Source: Hadesarchaea archaeon | GTDB taxonomy: Archaea > Hadarchaeota > Hadarchaeia > Hadarchaeales > Hadarchaeaceae | Length of the DNA: 64,000 nucleotides | Assembly: GCA_029259175.1 (NCBI GenBank) | Contig: JAPDJH010000015.1 | Location: 1 to 64,000 of the forward strand | Direction of reading: 5' to 3' | Part shown: piece by piece, positions 1-8,322 of the stretch | Position numbering within the stretch: position 1 is the stretch's first letter | Layout of the letters: each line of letters begins with the position of its first letter | Notes under the pieces: generated by a model | Databases searched by the model: none | What the model was told of the DNA's origin: nothing | The model's input: only the letters and a program-made list of their open reading frames with translations | Made by a program: the position numbers and the translations under genes

Positions 1-1
1 C

Positions 2-3000
2 GGCGGCTCCTCCTCCGCCCCCTCCTGCCGCTTGCAAGTCGTAGTAGTTCGAATCATCCGCGTCTAGGTTGGCCGGGCTTCCTCCAACTTCGCTCCCGTT
101 CTCCAGCACGGTGTTCTCCTCGTAGTCCGTCTCGGTGCCCGAGCTTGTAGTGGCGATGGCCAGCGTGATTTGCCCCTCGGTGCTCGTGTCCACGTTCTCG
201 GAGGTGTCGTACTGGTTACCCCAGCTCCCGTCCGGGCCCCCCGGACCGCCGCTCCAGTCGGTCTGCGAGGCGGAACCCGAAGCACCGCCGCCAAGCGGGA
301 TCCCGTAGCGCAACCGGATGTTTTCGAGTTGCGGCGTAACGCTGGTGTCGGAGGTCTCTAGCACCACCTTGTACTGAGCGTAACGGGCGCGCACGTTAAG
401 CTTGTTCTCATTGTCCACTTGAATCCACGGTTGGCTCTGGATTCCAGACACGGTATTATCGAACCTCACATATACGGAGATAGAAGTTCCGGCTGGCGTC
501 GCGGCAGTCCAGTCTATGTAGTTCCATCGCGCATTTTCATTCGTGGTGTCGAAGACCGAAGAAGTGAACCATCCAGCCGATTTATAACTCATCGAGGCAT
601 TGGCCTCAACTCTCAGGTCGTCTATCTGGAAGTTCCTGTAGGCATCCCCGTTCGCGATAAACCTGATGTCCAGAGTTTGAACCGATCCGGGCACGTCGGT
701 GTAGGTCCACTGCTCCCACGTGTTTGCCGAGAGCTGGGTGGTGTTCTTGTTCTCCACCGTAACCCACCCGCCGCCGTCCTTCTGCACTTGGAAGGCTATC
801 CAAGCATCGGCGTCAGCCGTGTCGTCGTCCCGTGCCACCCACACGCTCACATTGCCGTTGTCATAGGATGAGAGATCCACGCTGCTAAAGGTGGCGGTCG
901 TGTTGTATGAGCTCGAACGGTACCACTCCAACAAATAGCTTCCCGAGTGTGGGTTCGTGCCGTCGGAACTCGTTACCTCGGAGAGGACTCCGGTGTCTCC
1001 GCTTTCGGTGTACGTCCAGTTGTCTCCAGACTCGAATCCCGTGCTCTTGACGGTTTCAACTGAGCCCTTTCCCGTATTTTCTAGCTCTATTATTCCGTCC
1101 TTCGACCAGTTCACGTTCTCATTTTCGTAGAACTTGGAATAGTCCGGGGTGAATGTTCCATTTTCTAAAGTGGGGTAAGTGGGTCCCTGAACCCAGTTTT
1201 CTTGCACCCACCAGTGCTGCTCTTCGGTCCAAGATTCCATCCGGATCACGATGTGATACGTGTTCCCCGCCGTGAGGGACACTCCGGAGCCGAACCCAAT
1301 GTACACCCACCCTGGGGCCGACCCTATGCTCACGGTGTTTTCGGGAATCAGGTTGTCCCCCGGGTTTCCACCTGAGTCGTCACAAATCGTTGCTACGAGA
1401 TCGGCGTACTTGTAGTTCTCCACGAAGACCCGCACACCGTACACGTCCACGTCCTCCGGGGCCCGGAAGCGCAGGCTGAGCTTCGAGGCGCTCGAATTCA
1501 GATTGTCAGAACTCAAAACGGAGTTCACCCGGAAGACGTTCCCAATCTGGCGGTTCTCGGGATCGGAGACGAGCACTAGATCGCCCACGCTCACCGTGCC
1601 GTCCAGATTCTCCGCCCAGTAATAGCGCGTGGAGTCCGACCACGCCAGCTGTCCGCTCCCGCCGCTCCAGTCCGTCTGGGTCCAGTAGTAGGTGGGAGTG
1701 GGTTGACCCAAGATGTAGGTGAGGCGAATCTCCCGGAATATCAGCGGCTGCGTGTTGTCCGCGCTCGCGTCGAACACCAGCTGGTACTGCACGTAGCGGT
1801 AGTAGTTCTCGAGCTCGGTTCCGTTGTCCACTTGCATCCACTCGCTCCACGTGCTGGCGTCGTTCGAGAACCGCAGGTAGGTGTAGATGCGATTCCCGGC
1901 GGGCTCCGTCTTATCGAGCTCCACACGGATAAAGGTGACCTGCTCGCCCATGTCGATGACGGGAGAGGTGTAGCGTCCGTAGTTGTAGTAAATCGGCGGT
2001 GCGAATCTCCAGAAATCGGTCGAGAACACGCTGCCGCCGCCTTTAGAGGTCCCATCGGGGAGCACATCGCTTCCGCCCTTGAGTACGTAGAGGTACCCGT
2101 CCAAATATATGAGGGAGCCGCCGTCGTCCATCCCGCCCAGCCGGTCCCAAGGCACGGGATCCATCTCAAACCACTGCCCCGCCGAAAGCGAATAATACAG
2201 GAAGCGGCCGTGATAATCGGATTCCGTATTGCTGGAAGTGTTGTGGAAGGAGTCATCGTATTCTTCATAGGAGCCGGGCACGTGATAGATTCGATCCCCT
2301 CCATCCCAAGCGAGCTGGGAGCCGTCGTCCGCCCCATACGGGTGGTCGGAGTCTGGCCCACACTTGGTCAGGAGCTCCCATGTTTCGGTGGTGAGATTAT
2401 AGCGGAAGAAGGCCGCTCCGCGATCCTCTGTGTTGAAACTTCCGTGATAGGCATCCCCATAGTGGTAGCGACCCACCATCACGTAGAGGTAGTTGTCTGG
2501 CTCGCCGATCGCCGATCCAGGGATGAAGACTGCGGCGTTTCCCGGACCCTGACCCACATCCAGCAAGTCGGTTGCTCCGTTCTTCCCTATCTCGCCGGCG
2601 TAGGTCCACGTGTCGTTGGAGATCGAGTAGTAGTAGAAGTCGCGCTGGTGGTCATTATATCCGCTGCCTGGAAAGAGATAGATACGATCTCCATGGTCCC
2701 AGACCAGGGTTGCGCCGTTGCGCGGATAAGTTTTAACTGCCGATCCGGACCATGGAATGTTATAGTTCAGTGTGTCGTCCCACCCCCCGCTCTCGGTGTA
2801 GCGGGCGAACCATGTGCCCTGTCCTGACCAGTAACCCTTGATGATGTAGAAGGCGTTCTCCCCGCTGGGTGTTTTGGCAACGCACGAGCCTATTCCATAC
2901 GCGCTGTAGAAGGGGGCGTCGGTCAGCTGGGTCCACTGGTCGGTCGATGGGTCGTAACAATAAAAGGCATACTGATTCGTCGCTGTGGTGGTGGTTCCGT

Positions 3001-5755
3001 TCTCACCACCGTAAGCCAGCCAGAAGTAAATCTTGCCGTTCATCGCGCCCATCCGGTGCCCGTTCTTGTCTCCCGGACCATACGGGGGCTGCGCGATGTC
3101 GGTCTCCCATCCGCCAGAAATCCGCTGGGGCTGGATCGAACCGCCCACCACCACGAGATTCTCCAGGGTGCCCTGCTCGAAGTCCCCCTTGGTGGTTTGC
3201 ACGTAGTGGAGGGGTAACGGGGGCCGCCACGTCCCTATCCCGTCGTAATAACGCACGGTGAGATTCCAGATCCGGGGCGTTACCGATGGATCCGACGTAC
3301 TCATGATCACACGGAACTGGAGAGCGCTAGCAATGGCATTAGCTTCACGCGTTTCAGCGTTTTCCTCATAATCAGTGCCGAACACGTCAGCCAAATCCTG
3401 ATTCCGCTGGATTTCTTTCCATTCGCTCCAACTGTAAGCTGGAGAATAGTCGGACACGTTTGGATCGTAGATCCGGGGCATATAACCGAGGCGAACTTCG
3501 ACTTTCAGGGACGTGCCCGCTGGAACATCCTGATCCCAATCGATATTAAGCCAGCGGACGCGGTGTCCGGGAGAAATGATCGGAGAGGTGTATGCCCCCA
3601 GGCTTCGGTGATTCGATAGTATCAGGCGGAACGGCAGATCCACGTTGTAATAGGGGGAAACGGCAACTGCTGCAGAATTGTCCAAGTTATCCGCTGAATA
3701 AGCCATGACCGCCTTGAAAGCGTGTGAGGTGGATCCGTCCCAGCTCACATTGGTCGGAAACGGACCGTCCGCGTTGTCCAGCGGAACAATATAATAGTCG
3801 TATTTGGTATAATTGCGCTCTCGCAGGTAGAGCCGGTAGTACCCGGGAGAGAGCACCACTGGAGAATCGAGTTCAAGCCGATACCAGCTGGGTTTGGTCT
3901 CCTTGCCCACTTGGGAGGGCTTCAGGGTGAAGACGTGTTGCCAAGTTGTGTTCTCCAGCACCACCTCGAGCGCGTAGGAGGGGCTTCCGTATTTGCGGAC
4001 AGGAATCTCGACAGCCATCAGGGTCATCGGGGAAGCAACGTAAAAGTTCTCACCCCACACGAAGTCGTTGTCATACCAACCGTCCGATTTAATTATGCCA
4101 GCGGAATACTCGTCGTCCGAATAGAGGAAGCTGATATAGAGTTCGTCGTCGCCATACGCGTTGATATCCCAATAGTAGTAACTGCTCGAGTAAAACTTGA
4201 AGCCGGGGTGGTAGGGGTTGCCGAAGTAAGTGTCATCGGCGTAGCGCACAACAAAAAGCGGCTCCACGTCGGAAAACGGATAGGAATACCCGAGCTCCAC
4301 CCAGTGAACGTTGACCTCGGAGGTCTCGCGGCCGTACCACAGGACCCCCCGGTCGCGCTGTGAAGGGGTGCCGTCTACCCACAACGGGTTGTGCGGACCC
4401 GTATGGGCAATTGAGTAGTAGGTGTACACGTTGGGGTAGTTGTAGGAAGCGTTGGGTGTGATGACCAAGTAATAGATGTTGTCCTTGTAGACTTGAGCGT
4501 GAAGGTTGTCAGCCCGAATCCAGCCAAAGTCGGCCCAGTTGGTGCAAGTCTCCCCATCGGGAAAACGCACGAGCACGGTGTTGCCAACCGAGGCGCCCGG
4601 GATGCCGTTTTGATCCTGGGCGATGTACACGTTGGCGGCGAGGTACTCGCGAGAACGGAAGTAAGCGCCCCAGCCGGTGGTCTCATCTTGGAGCTTCAGA
4701 CAGAGACTAGCGATTTTGTCACCGCTGTACTCGTTCTGGACGAAGCTCGTGACATCCCAGTAATAAGTGGCGTACCCGGAACTCACAAGCACGCTGTCAA
4801 GCGCAGTTGCATCGAATGCGGGTGCGTTGTTCCAAGTGATGGTGTCCTCCTGCCAAGAATCGTTAGTAACACTGTGGACTTCAACCGTGGGGTAGGTGCC
4901 CGTGCTGCTGGCATAAGCGGCGGAGCAAGAAAGGACGAGCTTGGCACTAGAAATAGACTTGCCAGTGGGGAGTTTAGAAAGATCGAACTTGAGATAGGAG
5001 CGGCGGATGTAGTCATACTTGGTGGAGTAGTAGACCTTGAGGGTGTCCTCGTCTCCAAAGTTTGTGTTGATCTCGTTTTTGTAATCCTCGTTGTCCACGT
5101 AAGCGTCCGCGCTGGCGTAGAGATAAATGTAGCTCCCGTCAGTGAAAGTCACTTTGAGGCTCGGGAACTCGGTGGCGTAGAGGTAGGCGTAGAACCACGC
5201 GTTCTCGATGTTCTCGGTTTTGGTTGCGCGGAAGCGGAAGGCCACTGAGAAGTTATAAGAGGTCATCTCGCCGGCTTTGATACGATGGGTGTTGGTATAC
5301 CACGGATTGCCCCACCACTCGTTCTCTAGGTGGATTTCGCCGTTTTCCTCGATCCGGATGTTCTCGTGGAGGCCGTTCTCCGTGGGGGGCATCCCCTGGA
5401 TGAGGGAGGTGCGGGTATTGAAAACCTCGGCTTTGAGTACCGGGCCCTCGTCGGCCACCGCCTCCACGTCGGAAGTCACGGGCAGGGCTCCGGCCGTGGT
5501 TTTTTCGAAGGCAGGGACGCTTATGGTGACGGTCTCATAGGGCTGGAGCTCCGGAGAGAGTATCTCCTCCTGAACGCTCAGCACGCTCTGCTTCACGAGG
5601 GATGAGTGAATGGATTCGCTGCGGTGCTGCAGGCGGGGGACCACAGTCATATAATAGAGAGATGTGGAGATTATGAAAATAGTAACCAACATGATTGCAG
5701 CTACGGATACCCATACTCCGCGCTCGTCTGGGACCAAATAGCGTGATCTGCCCAT
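2..5755 (-). CDS. Giant (>1918 aa, 3'-partial) surface/adhesin-like protein with class III (type IV pilin-like) signal peptide, DNRLRE-like domain, kelch beta-propeller and repeated beta-sandwich modules
   Basis: Hand translation from ATG 5755: MGRSRYLVPDERG/VWVSVAAIMLVTIFIISTSLYYMTVVPRLQHRSE. The frame stays open to the window edge (...DSNYYDLQAAGGGGGGAA), so it is absent from the ORF track. Motifs: ADAYVD..NFG..RSYLKFDLS (DNRLRE-like) and YDPSTDQWTQL / FYYYSISNDTWT / FRYNLTTETWE (kelch). Confidence 0.9.
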   Translation of the reverse strand, partial: MGRSRYLVPDERGVWVSVAAIMLVTIFIISTSLYYMTVVPRLQHRSESIHSSLVKQSVLSVQEEILSPELQPYETVTISVPAFEKTTAGALPVTSDVEAVADEGPVLKAEVFNTRTSLIQGMPPTENGLHENIRIEENGEIHLENEWWGNPWYTNTHRIKAGEMTSYNFSVAFRFRATKTENIENAWFYAYLYATEFPSLKVTFTDGSYIYLYASADAYVDNEDYKNEINTNFGDEDTLKVYYSTKYDYIRRSYLKFDLSKLPTGKSISSAKLVLSCSAAYASSTGTYPTVEVHSVTNDSWQEDTITWNNAPAFDATALDSVLVSSGYATYYWDVTSFVQNEYSGDKIASLCLKLQDETTGWGAYFRSREYLAANVYIAQDQNGIPGASVGNTVLVRFPDGETCTNWADFGWIRADNLHAQVYKDNIYYLVITPNASYNYPNVYTYYSIAHTGPHNPLWVDGTPSQRDRGVLWYGRETSEVNVHWVELGYSYPFSDVEPLFVVRYADDTYFGNPYHPGFKFYSSSYYYWDINAYGDDELYISFLYSDDEYSAGIIKSDGWYDNDFVWGENFYVASPMTLMAVEIPVRKYGSPSYALEVVLENTTWQHVFTLKPSQVGKETKPSWYRLELDSPVVLSPGYYRLYLRERNYTKYDYYIVPLDNADGPFPTNVSWDGSTSHAFKAVMAYSADNLDNSAAVAVSPYYNVDLPFRLILSNHRSLGAYTSPIISPGHRVRWLNIDWDQDVPAGTSLKVEVRLGYMPRIYDPNVSDYSPAYSWSEWKEIQRNQDLADVFGTDYEENAETREANAIASALQFRVIMSTSDPSVTPRIWNLTVRYYDGIGTWRPPLPLHYVQTTKGDFEQGTLENLVVVGGSIQPQRISGGWETDIAQPPYGPGDKNGHRMGAMNGKIYFWLAYGGENGTTTTATNQYAFYCYDPSTDQWTQLTDAPFYSAYGIGSCVAKTPSGENAFYIIKGYWSGQGTWFARYTESGGWDDTLNYNIPWSGSAVKTYPRNGATLVWDHGDRIYLFPGSGYNDHQRDFYYYSISNDTWTYAGEIGKNGATDLLDVGQGPGNAAVFIPGSAIGEPDNYLYVMVGRYHYGDAYHGSFNTEDRGAAFFRYNLTTETWELLTKCGPDSDHPYGADDGSQLAWDGGDRIYHVPGSYEEYDDSFHNTSSNTESDYHGRFLYYSLSAGQWFEMDPVPWDRLGGMDDGGSLIYLDGYLYVLKGGSDVLPDGTSKGGGSVFSTDFWRFAPPIYYNYGRYTSPVIDMGEQVTFIRVELDKTEPAGNRIYTYLRFSNDASTWSEWMQVDNGTELENYYRYVQYQLVFDASADNTQPLIFREIRLTYILGQPTPTYYWTQTDWSGGSGQLAWSDSTRYYWAENLDGTVSVGDLVLVSDPENRQIGNVFRVNSVLSSDNLNSSASKLSLRFRAPEDVDVYGVRVFVENYKYADLVATICDDSGGNPGDNLIPENTVSIGSAPGWVYIGFGSGVSLTAGNTYHIVIRMESWTEEQHWWVQENWVQGPTYPTLENGTFTPDYSKFYENENVNWSKDGIIELENTGKGSVETVKSTGFESGDNWTYTESGDTGVLSEVTSSDGTNPHSGSYLLEWYRSSSYNTTATFSSVDLSSYDNGNVSVWVARDDDTADADAWIAFQVQKDGGGWVTVENKNTTQLSANTWEQWTYTDVPGSVQTLDIRFIANGDAYRNFQIDDLRVEANASMSYKSAGWFTSSVFDTTNENARWNYIDWTAATPAGTSISVYVRFDNTVSGIQSQPWIQVDNENKLNVRARYAQYKVVLETSDTSVTPQLENIRLRYGIPLGGGASGSASQTDWSGGPGGPDGSWGNQYDTSENVDTSTEGQITLAIATTSSGTETDYEENTVLENGSEVGGSPANLDADDSNYYDLQAAGGGGGGAA

Positions 5756-5836
5756 TGCGGCCCCGAGTGGAGGTCGATGAGAGAGCACAAAAAGGGATTC
5801 TGTAATCTATGGATTTTTCACAAATACGTGAAAGGT

Positions 5837-6688
5837 TTAAAAGCCGGAGAGTCCGGAGAGCCTCACGTCGAGCACTACGTGGTAGCAGCGGGGGGCGTAG
5901 GAGCGCACTTTGCGGCAACTCAGGATCTCAGCAGAAAAACCATGGGCGGAGACGAATTCGCGGACGAAGGAAGCAGACGGGCCGAAGGGGTCGGGGTCGC
6001 TGCCGAAATCGTAGAAGTGGATCACTCCGCCGGTGGGCTTGAGGGCCTCCAAGGCAGTGGGGAGAAAGTCGCGGGCGAGTTCAGGGAGAGGCATGAGGAC
6101 GCGATCGGCGAGTCCGCGCAGGCGCGTCCGGACGAGGGCCCGGCAGTCCCCAAGCAGAGGGATCACGCGATCGCCAACGCGGTTTAGGCGGATGTTCTCC
6201 ACCATGAGCTCGTAGGCGGCAGGGTTGAGGTCGATGGAGTACACGCGGCGGGCCTGCGAGTGGCGGGCAATCTCGATCGAGTAGCAGCCCACGCCGGCGA
6301 AGAGGTTGGTCACCACCTCGCCGGGGCGGACGAGGCGGGCCACGCGCAGGCGCTCGGTTCCGAGGCGGGGGGAGAAGTAAACGCGGGACAGATCGACGCG
6401 GAAGACGCAGCCATTCTCGCGGTGGAGGGTGAGGGTGCGGTGCTCGCCGGCGATGTGCTCCAGCTGGCGGGTGCGAAAATCGCCGCTCACCGGGCCCACC
6501 TGGTTTAGAACGACGCGAACGTGGCGGTGCACGCGCATCAGCGCCTCTCCGATGGCGCAGGCGTAGGGGCGGAGTTCCGGGGGGAGGCGCAGGACGGCGA
6601 TGTCGCCGACGATGTCGAAGGCGCGCAGACGTCGGAGGAGCGGTTCCGGCACCCTGCCCGCGAGGGCCTCTCTCAGGCTTCTCGGCAT
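5837..6688 (-). CDS. trm5: Trm5/Met-10+ family SAM-dependent tRNA methyltransferase (short form, Trm5a/Taw21-like)
   Basis: FDIVGDIAV, ENGCVFRVDLSRVYFSPRL, NLFAGVG (motif I), IDLNP, DRVLMPLP. Confidence 0.85.
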   Translation of the reverse strand: MPRSLREALAGRVPEPLLRRLRAFDIVGDIAVLRLPPELRPYACAIGEALMRVHRHVRVVLNQVGPVSGDFRTRQLEHIAGEHRTLTLHRENGCVFRVDLSRVYFSPRLGTERLRVARLVRPGEVVTNLFAGVGCYSIEIARHSQARRVYSIDLNPAAYELMVENIRLNRVGDRVIPLLGDCRALVRTRLRGLADRVLMPLPELARDFLPTALEALKPTGGVIHFYDFGSDPDPFGPSASFVREFVSAHGFSAEILSCRKVRSYAPRCYHVVLDVRLSGLSGF

Positions 6689-6738
6689 CGTTACCTTTTC
6701 TGCTTCGTACACCAAAAAATAGCTGGGGATCGAGGCTC

Positions 6739-6878
6739 ATTTATCGTAGTTCTCCACAACTCAGGGGAGTCTACGATTTATCATAGTCAGCACAGCTCCG
6801 CCTGAAATCTATCCTCAGCTCTACGATTTATCGTAGTCTCGAAACCCGATCCCGGAACTCTACGATTTGTCGTAGTCC
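6739..6878. repeat. Array of 3 full and 1 partial ~20-bp palindromic repeats, consensus CTCTACGATTTATCGTAGTC
   Basis: Core CTACGAT-TT-ATCGTAG at 6771 (1 mismatch), 6821 (perfect) and 6860 (1 mismatch), with a half copy at 6739-6750. Unique intervening sequences of about 17, 30 and 19 bp. Confidence 0.85.
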
Positions 6879-7086
6879 TCCTTGCACTCGATCCTGGCCT
6901 CCTCCGCATCGAATACACTGACGTCCCGAACCCCGAAACGCCTGAGCATCCCCACGAGCGCACCACCTCGTCCTCCGCACACAGAACAACTGACCGCTGA
7001 ACCTACTCCCCGCCGACCGCCTTCAACTTCTCATAGTGCCACCCCGAAAGCCTCCTAGCGTGCTGATCAAACACGACCAAACGCAT
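6860..7086 (-). pseudogene. Cas2/VapD-like small ferredoxin-fold protein, pseudogenised (in-frame TAG plus -1 frameshift)
   Basis: ATG 7086: MRLVVFDQHARRLSGWHYEKLKAVGGE*VQRSVVLCAEDEV, then in the shifted frame at ~6961 ALVGMLRRFGVRDVSVFDAEEARIECKEDYDKS*. VVFD and VQRSV resemble the Cas2 'hhhYD' and 'VQxSVF' motifs. Confidence 0.55.
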
Positions 7087-7288
7087 GCCCTCTGCTAGCC
7101 ATTGCGCTTCGGCATTCCGCGCGGAATTCTCATCGCCCGAATCGACCACTGGGCGTCTCCGCTGGGCCGAGCTGGTGCCCGCCTATCTGTTTCTAGCGTC
7201 CCCCGCCAAAGCCGTCAGCTCCGCCCTCAGCCCGTCCCTGCGATGAATTTTATATGAACGCTCGTAATTGGAAAGAGGAGGTGAAGAA

Positions 7289-8317
7289 ATGGTGGACCTG
7301 TACGGGCGCGACTTCATCACCACCCAGGAGTGGACCATCGAAGAGCTGGAGTACACCATGGAAGTGGCACGAAAACTGCGCGAAACCGTGAAACGGGGCG
7401 ACAGACCAAAACCGGTGCTCGACCGCCGCAACTTCTTCATGGTGTTCTACGCCCCCTCGACTCGCACGCGCGGCGCCTTCGAAGCGGCCACCGCGATCCT
7501 CGGAGGCCACCCGGCGTTCATCGATGTGAGCACCACCCGCATCAAGGCGGGGGAGGCTGTGAAGGACGTGGCAGCCATGTATGACTCTTACGCCGACGGG
7601 ATCGGTGTCCGAATTCTCGACAAAGCCATCGATTTCGTGTACGGCGAAGGACACCGCGTGATCCGCGAATTCGCCGATACGGCAAAGGTGCCCGTCATCA
7701 ACATGGCGTGCTGCACCTACCACCCGACACAGGGGCTCGGAGACATGATCACCATTCAAGACCTCCTCGGCGACGTCAAGGGCAAGAAGTACACCATCAC
7801 GTGGGCCTACTCCAACCAGCCGCGCGGACGCTGCAGTATTCAAGAGGAAGTCCTCATCGCCACCCGCTTCGGCATGGACGTCACGCTCGCTCACCCAGAG
7901 GGCTTCGATCTCGACCCGCAAATCATTGAAGCGGCAAGGAAAAACGCCAAGGAATCCGGCGGAAGCTTCGAGATCGTTCACGACTTTGAAGAAGGACTGA
8001 AAGACGCCAACGTGGTGTTCCCGCGCAACTGGGCGAGTTCTGAGTTCCTGCGAGTCGGAGCGTCCAAATTCGGAGTCGAGCGAGAGGTCCAGACCTATCA
8101 GCGCTACAAGCACTGGTGCCTCGACCAGCACCACGTAAACGACCTAATGGCGAAACCGGCTTACGTCACCCACGTGCTCCCAGTGCTCCGCGGATACGAG
8201 GCCACGGACGCGGTGATGGATGGCCCCAACTCGGCAATATACAAGCAAGCCGACGACAACTTCTACGCCAAGATGGCCACCCTCGCCGTGACCATGTCCA
8301 AAGAGCTCCCAGTGTAA
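7289..8317 (+). CDS. Transcarbamylase, knotted type (N-acetylornithine carbamoyltransferase/YgeW-like), substrate uncertain
   Basis: PSTRTR and HPTQ carbamoyl-phosphate motifs; TWAYS..P, FPRNW, HVLPVLRGYEATDAVMD; RBS GGAGGTGA before ATG 7289. Confidence 0.85.
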   Translation: MVDLYGRDFITTQEWTIEELEYTMEVARKLRETVKRGDRPKPVLDRRNFFMVFYAPSTRTRGAFEAATAILGGHPAFIDVSTTRIKAGEAVKDVAAMYDSYADGIGVRILDKAIDFVYGEGHRVIREFADTAKVPVINMACCTYHPTQGLGDMITIQDLLGDVKGKKYTITWAYSNQPRGRCSIQEEVLIATRFGMDVTLAHPEGFDLDPQIIEAARKNAKESGGSFEIVHDFEEGLKDANVVFPRNWASSEFLRVGASKFGVEREVQTYQRYKHWCLDQHHVNDLMAKPAYVTHVLPVLRGYEATDAVMDGPNSAIYKQADDNFYAKMATLAVTMSKELPV

Positions 8318-8322
8318 AGCTC

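Noticed and set aside
64-5918. Many ORF-track entries (e.g. 1703..2827+, 4493..5248+, 1741..2361-)
   Set aside because: Antisense or off-frame shadows of the single giant minus-strand ORF starting at 5755.
6739-6878. Calling the repeats a bona fide CRISPR array
   Set aside because: Repeats are only ~20 bp, spacers are 17-30 bp and irregular, and there is no cas1 or AT-rich leader. Reported as a repeat instead.
7003-7005. In-frame TAG as pyrrolysine or readthrough
   Set aside because: The same gene also needs a frameshift and no pyl genes are in the window. Pseudogenisation is simpler.
8116-8322. Upstream extension of the CPBP ORF
   Set aside because: It overlaps the transcarbamylase 3' end off-frame. 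ATG 8323 follows its stop.
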